Positions 49,432 through 62,351 of a DNA stretch of 64,000 nucleotides are shown here, in pieces. Below the pieces are notes generated by a model. That model was not told the DNA's origin, searched no databases, and saw only the letters and a program-made list of their open reading frames with translations. This DNA is from Zygnema circumcarinatum SAG 698-1b (lineage: Eukaryota > Plantae > Zygnematophyceae): contig CM074815.1 of NCBI GenBank assembly GCA_037447605.1, forward strand, positions 1,798,001 to 1,862,000, read 5' to 3'. Every line of letters begins with the position of its first letter. The first letter of the stretch is position 1. The position numbers and the translations under genes are program-made.

Positions 49432-50768
49432 AAGTATTAAGTGCTCAGAATGATGGAGACAAGAGGCAGTGGACGTGGCTTCCACGGTGATCTTTCTCAT
49501 GAGACTCCCGCAATGCAAAGTGACCGAGGATCCGACTTGCTGGTGGTGTATAACGGACAACAGTCTACTGATTGGCGTTTTCGAAGAAAATATAACGAAG
49601 TTCTGAGAGCAATGGGAGTACAATCCGATAACTAGGGGAGATCCGCAGAAGAGCAGAAGTGGCTGGTGGGAGTCCTGAACAACTTTGGTTTCTAACGCCA
49701 AACCATGTACTCCTAGATTGCTGATTTTTGACTGCTAGGGGTGTGGACCTATGGACCTCACTGCTAGGCTTGGGGCCTGTCCTGCTCCTGACTGTGTCTT
49801 GCACCTGACAGAGCTCCTCTGGGATCTAGAGCTCAGTCTTGGCAACCTCTCTTGTAGCAAATAATGTCAAACAAAGGACTCTCTTTCACTCGTCCAGTGT
49901 GAGCCTCTGGCCGGGGCAGGCCGTACATGGCATGCCACCCTCAGATCGTTTGCCCTCCTGCAGAGATGGCATGTCATGGCTCCATGTGTGAGGATGAATG
50001 GGTCCAGCTTAGCTTCTGCGTTCCGACCGGCCAACCTTAGTAATCTTCAAGATTAAAAATTAAAAATTTCCTTCTTTAAAAGCACCCAAGAACTCAGGGA
50101 CTGTCTTCAACTCTCCCACGAGCTGGTGGCCCAACGCGCGTCAGCTATGGGCCAGTTTCTATTTGAGGCCCTCTGAAAGCATTTGCCAGATGTGGCGAGC
50201 AATGGCTGGAGGATTTCTTAAGGTGTACCCTCCATGGATTCCGCCTTTGTATATCGCAAACCGTGAGCCCATCAAAGCATTCCACGGTAATGGAATTGCA
50301 CACATGGTAAATTGGCCAAAGCCCCCCCGAAGTGGCGCACCGTAGAGTGGCTCTGTTAGCACTGTCACCAACACGTTTTCTTAGTTACGATACAAATCGT
50401 TTGAAAGCTATTGGCTGGAGATTGACAGCATACACATTCAACAATCTAAAAATTGATTCTTGAAACTCACCATGACCCATTGAGCCCTCATTGTTGATCA
50501 TTGCTTTCAGGCCCTTCGGGCAATGTGAGGTGTCACCCCCTTTTTATTTCCAGTCTTCTTACAATTGGCTATTTGATGGTGCAATTTTTTTCTTCTGCCC
50601 TGCTATGGATGCTAGTGAGAGACTGTCCCTTCCATGGCATGGCATGGGAGAAGGGCGGCGCAACACAAGGATGGTAGCCTTGGAATTGACCGTGTGAAAG
50701 ACTAAAAGATTGGTCAGAGGATGTCACTAAGAGCAGTTCAGCTCGACCAACCTGACTCATTACGACTG

Positions 50769-53700
50769 TCAGTAGGCGGGGCGGAACCTCTGAAGGGTCA
50801 TTTCAATGTCCCTCAATAATCTGAGAATGGGCTCCTTCTCTCCCGCCGGCACCGCCAGCCTCTTCACTTCCAAAATGGTCCTGCAACGTGGACATAAGAA
50901 ACGTGTCAACGGACAGAGGAAAATATGTCTCTCACCTTCATAAAATATGTGCGACTTGTGCCAACCACAAGAAACCTCTACTTTTCCATCCCTGAGAAGC
51001 ATGCGACGAGTAAAAATCAGACGATAGTTTTAGGGCGAGGGGGAGGGACCCTTTCAGCCCTATCAAACAGAGCAGAAAACTATGGATCTACAAAAAATAT
51101 AATCTGACAGCTGTTTGACAACCGAAAGAGCCATACATAGAAATCAACAGGTTCAGTTTGTTGTCTCTCATTTAACTTTATTTCAAAGGCACCCACCTCA
51201 TTCATAAAGATTTTCTCGAATCTGATATCTCACCTGCCACATGCTTCTACAATGGAGCGAGCTCGCCGCCTTGAAACGTCGTTTACGTCTCCAACAAAAG
51301 AATGGCCACTTCTTGTCCTTACGTTTTCCGGTAGTGTATTTACACATTCATTCAGCACAATCGCTTCCGATCTCAGCAAGCGGAGTCTGATGGGTCCTCT
51401 GTGGCGAGCAAGGAGGCCCTCATAGGCAGCTTGGATATACTCAGGGTTGTCCTTTGAAGCTGAAAGGAGAGCATAAGGAACAGCTTCAAATTCCACATCG
51501 ACTCCTCCGTCAGATAGAGCTTTCTACAAGACCGCATACAAATGTTCCACGTGTCAGATATCATCTCGCAATCGAAATGCCTATTCCACATCGTAGTGCC
51601 GTAAATCAACCCTGAACAAAGATGAAGGCCTCTTTTCCTAATCGAACAGGACAACCTACCCTCTGGGTTGCTAAACAACTGAAAACGATGGTATAGGCAA
51701 CGTTTCGTCAAGGGTATCTTCAAGAGGATTATTGTATATGGTCTTATTTTGTGGTCTTTTTATTGGAAGAGATACCTGAGCAGCTTCTTCCAACCACTGC
51801 ACTGCTTCCGAGGGCAGGATGGGCTTGCTTCCAGACTCCATTCGCTGAGCAGCACTGCTAACTCGTTTGCATGCCTCTCTGATCCCTCCCTCTTGAAGGG
51901 CCTGCTCAATAAACTTTTTCCACATTGAAAGAGCCACGGCCTGCCTTGTACTATAATCGTCACTGCTAATTTGCTCGTGTTCTGTGAAATTTAGTATTTC
52001 CAAACAGATCTGCACAATGAAGCCCATATAACCTCTCATTGTCATCAACTAAGAGCTTGGTCAGAACTGCCCTCACCGTAAAGGAACCGTTCTGACCATC
52101 CTGATAATTGGAGTAAGAAAACGAAGTTATTGGGAAATTACGAAAAACAAAGGTTCCTTGAACTCACCTCCCATAACCCGAAAGGCATCGCATATTCATT
52201 ATAGAGCTTCTGAAGATTGTGCATCTCATTCTCCAACTCGTCGAGTTTCTGCCTCGCCAATCCACCATTTGGCCTGATGTGTATTCGAGCAATGAATACA
52301 GGATGTTCACAAGCTCGAAGTCAAATTGCCGCATTGAAACTTTCCTTTTCATAGGAGACACTTAAGTCTTCAACTTCTAATTGTTTTGCATCTGCCCTCT
52401 CAATGCATCAGGTGCCCCCTATTTGAACTGAATCGATGTTTAGTTCCCTATTTTTTTCCCATCCTGTTGAGGACCAACATGTATCCGCACTTTCAACTAC
52501 ACAAAAAAAAAAAATCTTCAAGCATGCTATATAGCAGCCTACAACGAAGCATACACATCACATGCTCAAATAGATCAATATAAAACAAGGAGACTTCTAA
52601 TCCACCACGAGCTAAAGTCGAGTAGAGAAAGTGAAAAGTCAGTGGTCCACCTAACACTCAAGTTTTGAAGCTCGTCCCGAATGGCAATCTGGAAATAGAA
52701 AACTCTTCGCTTATCAATAAGGAGCTGGAGAATATCTCCGCTGCTTTCCCCTCCCCTCCGCTTCATCTCCACGCCTTCCTGTACGACCGCGCTGGTGGAC
52801 TTCCAATCTCTCGCTTGAGAAATCGCAACATTCAAAAAATTCAGCCTGCAAAAACCACAATGCAACCACACATCATCACTCAACCACACGCAGTAATTTA
52901 CTTTTCTTTTGGGTCTTTCAAAGGGTCTGTTTAGGGACCCAAACATCACTTGATGCAGCCATACATTGAGAGTCTTTACTTACCTCTGTTCAAGGCTGAT
53001 ACCACATGGCTGAGTACGACCACCTTCAGGCTGACTTCTTTCTGCAAGTCGGCAGCCGACATGGGCTGCAAGCAAATGATGCCGGCGGTGTATATAGAAG
53101 CTGGAAAGAAGCTCGAGATACTTCACTTGCTCTACAGTGATGGCTTGCATGGATGGGTCCTGGTTGGCAGCGATGTTTTTATGCAGCATCAAATGCGAAG
53201 GTTAATAAACAAAATAACAAAATGATAGAACTTAGAACTTAGATAGAAGGATGATGGTTGCCACTTTGAGCTGCCTTTGCACTTACTTGAGGGGAAGAGA
53301 CGGTTAAGTTGCCAGCCCGGCGTAAGAAGCTTTCGAGATCAGCCCCCCCAAGTTCAATGAGTTCTTTCTCCATTCCCAGTTTCACAAGAGTGGCATAAAA
53401 GTACTCATGGAAAGCAGAGTCAGGCCATTGAACGCTCCATTGGATAATATCGTTCATGAGATTGCGACGCTCTTCAGGGTTCAGCGATGCCCCATCTGAG
53501 TATCTGCAATTGAATGGCATAAGGTTCACAGATTCCTTCAATATGAAAGCAGGCAACAACATATCACAAGCAACAGTTCTGCTCATGAATTGACTCCATA
53601 GTAACGACGACGGGTACAGGGCATCACTCTGCTGAAAGAACATCAAACTCTTCTAGCAATTCAATGGTGAGGATGAACGTATGACTACCCTTTCAGTTGG

Positions 53701-56700
53701 GAACTTCACCCTCAACTTATCTCCCTGGTAACTCAAACATATGAAAAAGCATGCCTTCTCGTTGATGAGCAAGTCGTCAACTTCGCGAATGAATCCATAC
53801 GTCGGCTCTAATACGGATGGGATATAACAAAATTTGACCACTTGCCTTACAAACGCTCCAACAACTCGCTTATTTTAATAACACTATTACTTGAATATGA
53901 AGGACAGGAAAACTGCAAGATACCATGCTAATAGCCGGCCCTAACTCGTAGTACTACACGTGATGTTCCAAACATGCCAACCACCCAAAAATCTCTCCAG
54001 TACGAAATGAAATCGATGACATGTGGGTCTCAAAATGCTCACAGTGGGGTTGCAAAATGGTGACCGGTCAAAGCTTCATGAGACTGCTGAATTCGCAAAG
54101 TCTTGATAGCCTCTATTATCATATTGTAGCAGTCCTCACGCTCCTTAGACGCTATTCGCTGTTGCTCTTCACTCCCACGCTCAGTGAGAGCAGCATTGTT
54201 TTCGTCAAGGTAGCGAGCCCTCAAGAGGGGCAACTCCACCACAGCCTTATACTTCCTGCAAAACGTGGTTGCTGTAGAACTTAGCTGTCTGAAACAAGCG
54301 CTGATAAAAACATGCGGAGCAATGAACATGACTACTAAGCAAAGCAATTCTCTACCGTATGGTCCACACAAATCCTTGCATTGACAAGTCGGCAACATCA
54401 TGTAGCACTGACTTTGCCAATTCCTTAAGTTGATCCAAAAGCAGTGAGGAGGTCTTACCCAAGACTCGCAAAGCGACTGGAGATGCTCAATATATTTGGG
54501 TTTTCCGGCACTTGTTTCAGCAGATTGAAAGACTCTTCAATCAAGAGATCACTCTCAAACATGTCGGCTGTTCGTGCTTTCTCCAAACATTGCACCGCAC
54601 GATAACACAAATACTCTCCTTCACTGAAGAATGAGGGGCATTCTTCTTTCAGTCTTGCAGCAATCTCATCCGCCATCTTCCGATCCACATTGTCCTGTGG
54701 CCTTTGCATGTACCAAGAAAGCAATGTCAGTTACTTCAACAACATGAAATAGAACATTGGATGTAGACGGAAGCGATGGAACACCCGAGACCATTCAAGA
54801 TCATAAGTATCAAAGTTCCTCACCTTGAGGAGAGCAGCTATCAGTTTAAATGCCACTTCTCGCCCATCGGCAGAGCACACGACATTTCGGAAGGAAAGAT
54901 TGCAAAGCTGTGTTTTCGTAGCATCGTCCAACCGGCTGACCAGGGAATGGAAAAGATCGTCTCCTAAATTTCGCAGAAGAGAAAGTGCTTCTATAGAAAG
55001 TCGCATCACTTTTCGAATAACTTCAATCCCTCGAACCTGAACGTACACTTCAAATGTTGCAATCATTAACTGCGACTAAAGCCTCAAAAGTCACAGAAGG
55101 TGGAACCAACCACATAACTTGACAAACATTTGCATTAGCAAAAGCAAGCCCATGTTCTTGTAATGGCTGTACGAGGTTACACGATTCATCTACTTCAACA
55201 CAATATAAGCAAACAAGCATGTACTCTTCCCCGTACCCAGTCCTCAAGCTAAGCACAAGTCCTAACCATTTTCAACCTTTGGTCCCACTATATTTAGCCC
55301 CTCTTCAAGTTCAGGTCAGCTCTAACCTACTCTTGACTCGCAGCTTTTCTTGCCTTTAGAATACGTAATGACACTCCACTCACCTCCTGGGTAATTAGAC
55401 TGTTCAAGTCTGAGCTTAACTTCGCCCTCTTATCACTCTGTGCTTGCATTCTTCTGTTGTAAGAGCCACTAAGAAACTCCCCCTGATTGGAGCCCCCTGA
55501 AGGTGAATCCCAGCCTCCATTGTCCCCAATTTCAGACCTATCAGAACTATCCGGCAGCCATGCTCGCGAATAAAGCCCCGTCTGCCGTTCACGTCTCGAT
55601 CGTAAAAACTGCTCAAGCGACTTCAGCTTCACCTCAATCATTTGCAGTGCTCGCACAGGCAGCCTGTGAGAAATAAAAGCAAATTAAACATGAGTATTCA
55701 ATGAGGAGGACAATCACATTCCCTTGTAGGAGAAATAGCATTATCTGCGCTCTTCATTAAGTGATACTTAACGCTCGCCAGATGCAGGCTTAACGCACAA
55801 GCACGTTTTAGCAGAAACACTTGTGAGCACCAAGCCTCATAACCTTTCACGTATTGCCTCCAAAACAGAGCACTTTCTCCAAACAACATCTAGTTGCCCG
55901 TAAAAAAATAAAGCAAGCTAAAATGCTAGCCCCGAATGCTAATCCGTACCTTAATCTGACGATTTTTGCACCCGCGTCTTCCAAGATTGCTAGAGGTAGC
56001 TCCCAAACAGGTTTCAAGAGCCGAACAGCGCAAAGGCAAACACCTTCATACGCTCCGGAAAACTGCAGCCCGACCTCTTGACCTACGAGCTGCCCAACAC
56101 TAACATTGCTCCGTCCGGCAAAAATGGCTTCACTTGCTGCCCCATTCAATGCTCCAACGCCATTGGCTTCCTCGAACTCGGGAAATCCAACCAGCATTGG
56201 ATTCTCAAAGGCATGAGTTGCATTGCTCACCAGTCTCGCAGGAACGACCCCCCTCCCGTCATCTCCATAGGACACAATTCCCGCTGCCAACAGCAGACAC
56301 ATGGCCGCTGCTTCTCCTTGGCCATAGCGTTCGAAGAACTCTCTGACAGTATCTTCGTTTGACGATTCCAAGAGCTTCTGTAAAATGTCAACAGGCCTGC
56401 AAATAGCGATCTCACTGATGCCGCCTCCAGCGACTGCAAGGATTTTTCTTCGTGGCAGACTATGCTGAGTGGTCAAGACAGGTTTCACCCACAATCGCTT
56501 CATCTGTGTTAGCTCACTTTCTAAGAGTCTGCCTGTCTCTCCTGTAACGATCGGCATGGATACGTTTGTCACCTCAGGCGGAGGCAAGACATCTGACAAT
56601 GCCAATGCACGGCCCGTCAAATTGACAAGACTTAAGGTTTCTCTCAAGCTGTTATAAGTCCTTCCTTGCTCAGTCACATCTCGAGACGCGATCAGCAACT

Positions 56701-59006
56701 GGGAAGATTGTGGATCCGTTGGTAATAAGTTCGAGATTGCAAGAATGTCAGAAGAATGAAATGCCATCTCAACCTTTACTACCGTGGGTTCAAGTGGACC
56801 CCCAGCTGCCACATGTGCCGCTTCTCTGTTTGGCCGTGGTAGCTCAATTACTTGCCTAAGTGTTGATGGTCTCTTATTTCTCTCTAATGACCCATCCATA
56901 CCATGGTCCACACTTGGCTCAGTTGAGAGATAAATCCTCCGGCCATCCGACATTTGAGCGATAAGATGCATATGTTTTGACTCGAAGGTCGAAATGCTGC
57001 TAAGGCTGATGATTGAATTGTCGGAGCCTCTTTGTCTGCCTCGACGTGACTTTCCAGTGACGCCAATGAGTGCAGATTCCAAAACTTTATTTACAGAATC
57101 TCCATTTTCCCCCAAATCGTACACAACTACTTTGGATGCTTCAGTAAGCGCATACATGATGTGGCGATCTTCATCAATAGTGATGCTTGTGACGGAAACC
57201 CCTGCTCCAAAAATAAACGTTCCAGAAAGAGTCAACCTGCACAGGGTCAATAGCAGCCATTAATCATGTCGAGTTTTTGTACAGAAACAGGAACAAAAAG
57301 AAGCATTGCAGAATGCATTTGCAAAAGTAGAGATTTGAAGTGTTGCAATGATGTCTGACATCGAAATAATTGATGCTGAAACTTTGACCAAGCATACACA
57401 CGTTTGTATTAGTGCGATCAAGTGAAGGCCTCGTCAGGGATCGAACAAAGGAGCATGGGTAAGAGTTCATATGTTGTCAAGCCTTAGGTGTATGAGCCCA
57501 CAATTACATGAGGCCTACAAAACAACAACAAAACTGGTTGGAACTTCAACAATCTGTCTTCACCACTACAACTTTGCATCTTCATTTACGTAGGTCAAAA
57601 AGAAAAGCCAAATAACACTTTGTTAGGGCCTTTGGAATACGCAACAGGCTCAATTCGGGCACTTACGATTTGACCAAACTGATAGCGTTTGACGTCAAAC
57701 GAACTTTGTTGCAACGCTTTCCCCGAACGGTGCACTTGTTGTACGTAAACTCGTACACATTGCCATCCTTTCCCCCCAAAAAAATGCGGCCATTGTCCGA
57801 GCAAGCAACACATGTCATGAGGATGCCATCACTGGATACACTAAAGTTCGGAAGTGGTCGAAGCGTGATATCATCGACCGAAGCCTCACCACCCACGCCC
57901 TTGCTGACACAGAGTCCCAACAGTAGAACCTGCATACCTCGAAAAGTCCCGATTTGCGAAGGTCATACTTTTGCCACGTGATAGAACATCCAAGATTGTA
58001 CAATTTTCGATTCAAAGGTATTGAAAGGAAGCAGTAAAGGGATACCCACCTCCACTGAGGTTGCAAGTATCACAAGGTGTTTTATGTCGTCAATAAACAC
58101 TCCAGGAATGGGGGTTGCCAAGCCGACAGAAAATATTGTCTGCTTTTCTTGCTCATACGATAGGCAGGCCCTATCACTGCAGACATAGACTTAACCGTCT
58201 AATCAGAAAACAGGTATTTTCCTGAATTGTATGAATCAAGGTGGATAATGAGAGCTCAATATTGCGACCGTTTGTTTTCGCAACAGGTATGACGTGTTAT
58301 TCATGAAACGAAAAAGTGATGCGACTGAAATTTCACATACCTTCTATTGAGATTCCAAAGGTATATTCGATTGTTCACGGTGGCCCACGCATGCCTAATT
58401 GCCGGGAAGACACCACAGTGGGCAACAACTTCCCTTCCACCCTCCTGAGCCTTGGCGTGACTAAAAAGAACATCAGCCGGCAGCGTCTTCATACTTGTAA
58501 CTTCCAGTACAGGAGGCCACTGCAAGCACCTCCCAGCCACTATCACTAGAAACTCGGGATGCGACTCAACCAGCAGGGGGAAAGTCGTAATCAAAGGCTC
58601 CTTAGCACACCACAAGTGCCGAGCAGTAAAGGCAGCCGCTGCACAGGCAAAAAAAAAAGCACTCCTGCCTCGCATTCCATCGCCATGCCAGCTCCCCCTC
58701 ACTGCTCCAAGCCAGACAATGGCTCACTCACATTGGCAGGCCATTCCCTATAGATATCCTCGTTGGGAGTGACCCTATCCACCAGGTCGCCACCATAGAC
58801 CATCTCCTCCGCTTTCAGGAAATCGCTGAGCTGCTGGCCGCCTGCCAGAAGGTCTTCCACCAGCTCCTCATCCTCCAGCACCCTCCCCCGCCGCCTTCCC
58901 GGTCCTTCCACCCGGGTCACGCCCTCCCTCCTTCCCCCTTCCCCTCCCCCTCCCCCTCCCCCTCCCCCTCCCCCTCCCCTCCCCCTCCCACTCCCGCTCC
59001 CGCCAT
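50769..59006 (-). CDS. NUP155: Nuclear pore complex protein Nup155, multi-exon; 5' start apparently out of frame by 1 nt
   Basis: REWP...LEVTSMKTLP...HCGVFPAIRHAWATVNNRIYLW, GRIFLGGKDGNVYEFTY...CNKVRLT, FSGAYEGVCLCAVRLLKPVWELP, EHAFHEYFY-like segment; ends RDIEMTLQRFRPAY* at 50769. Confidence 0.95.
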
Positions 59007-59267
59007 GGCCCTTCGCCTCTGCACGAGCACGCGCCTGCTTTCCTTTCCTGCACTTTTTGGGACCTTTGTATACTCAATCTGCAACCAATGGGGGATCGCC
59101 ACGTCACACATTTGGACACGTGGCATTTTCCCCCATTGGAGGGGCGATGAGAGCGTCCTTGCGAGGCTCTGGGCGCAGGGAACAAGAGCTTTGCTCGTAC
59201 ATTTATGTACGGACAAAGTGGCAACCGTACTGACGGTAACTTGAGGCACTTACTGGCGGAGCGGAGG

Positions 59268-59392
59268 GTCGGATATTGAAGAATCGAGATATATCGCGAG
59301 ATCAGGGATACTATGTAGCGGATGGAGATTTGCGATATTGGGGATAATATGTAGGGTTGGAGATTGAAGTATCGGGATATATTGCGATACGA
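59268..59392. promoter_or_regulatory. GAT/CGATA (ApT)-dense block in the NUP155/RPL21 divergent spacer
   Basis: About 22 ApT in ~125 bp by hand count, mostly GATA/GATT context. GGACACGTGGC G-box at 59114-59124 nearby. Confidence 0.35.
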
Positions 59393-59449
59393 GGGAGAAG
59401 GACTGCAAGGAGGTGCAGGAGGGGGAGGGGGAGAGTCGGTGCGCGCGCC

Positions 59450-61362
59450 ATGGCTGCCCTGCCCCGCCTGACAGGAGGCAGGGCCGCGCTCTGGCCGGCG
59501 CTCGCTGCGACTCTTGCAGGGCAAAGGGAGGGGCTGCTTCACGCATTTGGTAATTCAGGGCCGCAGGCCACGCCTACACGCTCTTGCGGCTTAAGGACGT
59601 TATTTGGCGGCTGTACAGGAGGATTGGCAGATGCGGTTCTCCGAAGCAAGGGCAGCCGTAGCTGGTGTCGAGGGGCATCGGGGGTCGTAGTTGTGACAGA
59701 GGATGTGGAGAAGGAGAGCGAAAGTGGTCAGAATGTGGAGAAGGGTCTTCAGTCAAATGCAGAGCACATTGGCTACCGCGTGCTTGAGAAGCTAAGCGGA
59801 GAGAAAATCGAAATCGAGTCAAAAAGCACTTTTGCCGTTGTTCAGGTAATTTGACGTTCGTATGGTGTTGTACACAGTGCGGTGTGTGAGTCGAGGCAAT
59901 TAATTCTGGGGGGTTTAGTGCTTGGCTGTATCACTCGTTTTTGAGGATACCAATGTAATGTTCATGATAAACTTAAGGTGCAATTTGTACAGAAGCGAGG
60001 TTTTTACAAACTGTTTTCACAAACATGTTGTCCCTTCTTTTTAGCTGCTTAGGAACTTGTCAAACAGGCGTCTTCGCTGGTTTTCTCAGTTGCTCAGACG
60101 CCCTGCTTCGCTTAAGTGGTAATTGAATTGTTATTGAGGAGTCACCGCTGTATGTACGCAGGGTGCTTCCACTATCAAGAAGTCTTCTGGCTTTTTTCGA
60201 GGATATTTAGTGGAGCGAGTGACCATTTCCTAGTGTAGAGAACTAAGAATATGAAATTGGTTCAGTTGGTAATCAAAGCTGTCGTTGGCCTGTTGCAGGT
60301 GGGCTCGCATCAGTTCAAGGTCACGTCCGGTGATGCTATATACGTGGAGAAGTTAAAGTTTGCAGATGTTAATGAAAAGGTGCGACTCTTAGTCCTACTA
60401 ATGCAAGCTTCAAAAAAAAAATCTCGGGGACGAAAGCCATCAATGTCTCTGATACTGGATAGGAAATGCAGAGTAACCGAGGAGTCATGAATTTTTGCCA
60501 CGTTTCCGCTGAGAGCTTATTCGCCCTATAAGGAAATAATCAGTCGACACAACGCATTTTTCATGTCATTTGTTGCATAGTTTCTGACACGTGAGAACAT
60601 TTAGGAAGACACGCAAGATCTGGGACATCGAACTATTTTGGCTCCCCGGGGAAGATGATTGAAAATCCTACCTTACTTGCATATTCTAACACTGCAAAAG
60701 CCCATACCAGCAGTAGACTGTTCTAGAATGGCTCACTTTGTTGGAAGTCTTGCGTACTGTGTACTGTGTACAGTTAGCGTTGGAGAAAGTAATGTTGCTG
60801 GGTTCAAGGTCGCGGACAATAATTGGCCGCCCGGTGATTCCTGAAGCTCGAGTTCTGGCGGCAGTGGAAGAGCAGGTAAGTTCCACGATTGCTGTTGTTG
60901 TTCAGTTCAGTTCTCCTTCAGTCCTTCTGACTATTCATAGCATTATGAACAGTGAAGACGTTTGGAATAGATTCCGTCCTCGTTCGTCAGGTGTGCCCAC
61001 CGAGTGCTTTCCTCACGTCTCAAATCTGATGTGGCTCATCATCACAAGAATGTTTTCTTGTTTTTTGGGTTGTCGCAGGAACGTGACGCAAAGGTCATAA
61101 TCTTTAAGAAAAAAAGACGGAAAAATTATCGACGGCATGCAGGCCACCGACAGGTAAGCAGATTCTGGCTCTAATAGCATTTTAGAGAGTTTACAAGGAG
61201 GGGATCCCTCGATGCAGTGATTCGACGGGTTCAGCAGAGGCCGGTACTGATGGACCTCAAATTTTCTTGCAGGAATTGACTCGCTTGCGGATATTGGACA
61301 TTTTGGGCATTGAAGAAGACGAGGATGCAGACACGAAGCCGGACATGGCTGCAGCCGTGTGA
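59450..61362 (+). CDS. RPL21: Ribosomal protein L21 (bL21), mitochondrial type
   Basis: Presequence-like N-terminus; FAVVQ|VGSHQFKVTSGDAIYVEKLKFADVNEK|LALEKVMLLGS...IGRP...VEEQ|KVIIFKKKRRKNYRR..GHRQ|ELTRLRI. TGA at 61360-61362. Confidence 0.93.
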
Positions 61363-61580
61363 TGCATGTGATAATTTGAAAGTGATACGGGCACCGGAGC
61401 AACTGCAGCAGCGCGAATCTGTCCCTTTCTCGGGATCTTCCCTATAGGCTCGGTTGGTTTCTGTCCCTACGATTATTTTTGTTTTAGGGTTTCTTATCGG
61501 TTCAACCCTGCTTAGGACACCTGCTATTTCTTCGCCTTTAGGTTCAACGTCGGCAATGTAGATTATAGACAAGGCGACAC

Positions 61581-61763
61581 GAGAGAGAGAGAGCGAGAGC
61601 GGGGGAAAGAGAGAGATAGAGAAAGGGAGAGAGAGAGAGAAAGAAAGCAAGAGAGAAAAAGAGAGAGAAAGAAAGCAAGAGAGAGGGAGAAAGAAAGCAA
61701 AAGAGAGAGAGAAAGAAAGCAAGAGAGAGGGAGGGAGAGAGAAAGAGAAAAAAAGCGAGAGAA
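61581..61763. repeat. GA-rich compound repeat with gagaaagaaagcaa x4
   Basis: (GA)n interspersed with four gagaaagaaagcaa units, between the convergent RPL21 and WD40 3' ends. Confidence 0.9.
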
Positions 61764-62351
61764 ATACGTTCTTTCTGTACAGTTAACAGAGAAATGCAAC
61801 GCCGGTTTCTATTCTTCTCTTGTACGCTCAAGTATTAGCTGACAGTGGACTCCAACAATTAAATCTTGTTGGAGTCGTTGAAATTTGGGAAGGAAAAGCA
61901 AAAAAACGAAAACAAAAGATTCAATGGAAATGTTCTAAACAATAGGTGTAGTCAACTTACATTGATCAAGCGAGTCGTGAGTCACTACATATGAAAGAAA
62001 TTATGACAGGAAAGTCGAATGACATACTATGCGCCTGCAAAAATGTACATACAGAAGTGACCGATACACAACCCTAAAAGTCCATTCCTTCATATCTAGC
62101 AACTCAGCTATCCTGACTTAACGATCGCTCCTGAATCCAAACCGGGACAGAAAAATCCTACAGAATGTACACTCCTGCTACCCCTCTCCTGCAATTGGTC
62201 GATCGACCGAACGATGGACTGTTGCAAGGCCTTTCCAACAATATGAGTGATGCAAACTGTCCTAAATACATGAGAATTGGTGCAATACATGAACACATGA
62301 TGAGCATGATTTACAGGCTGAGGTTCAGGGTACACATGGACGCCCTATACA

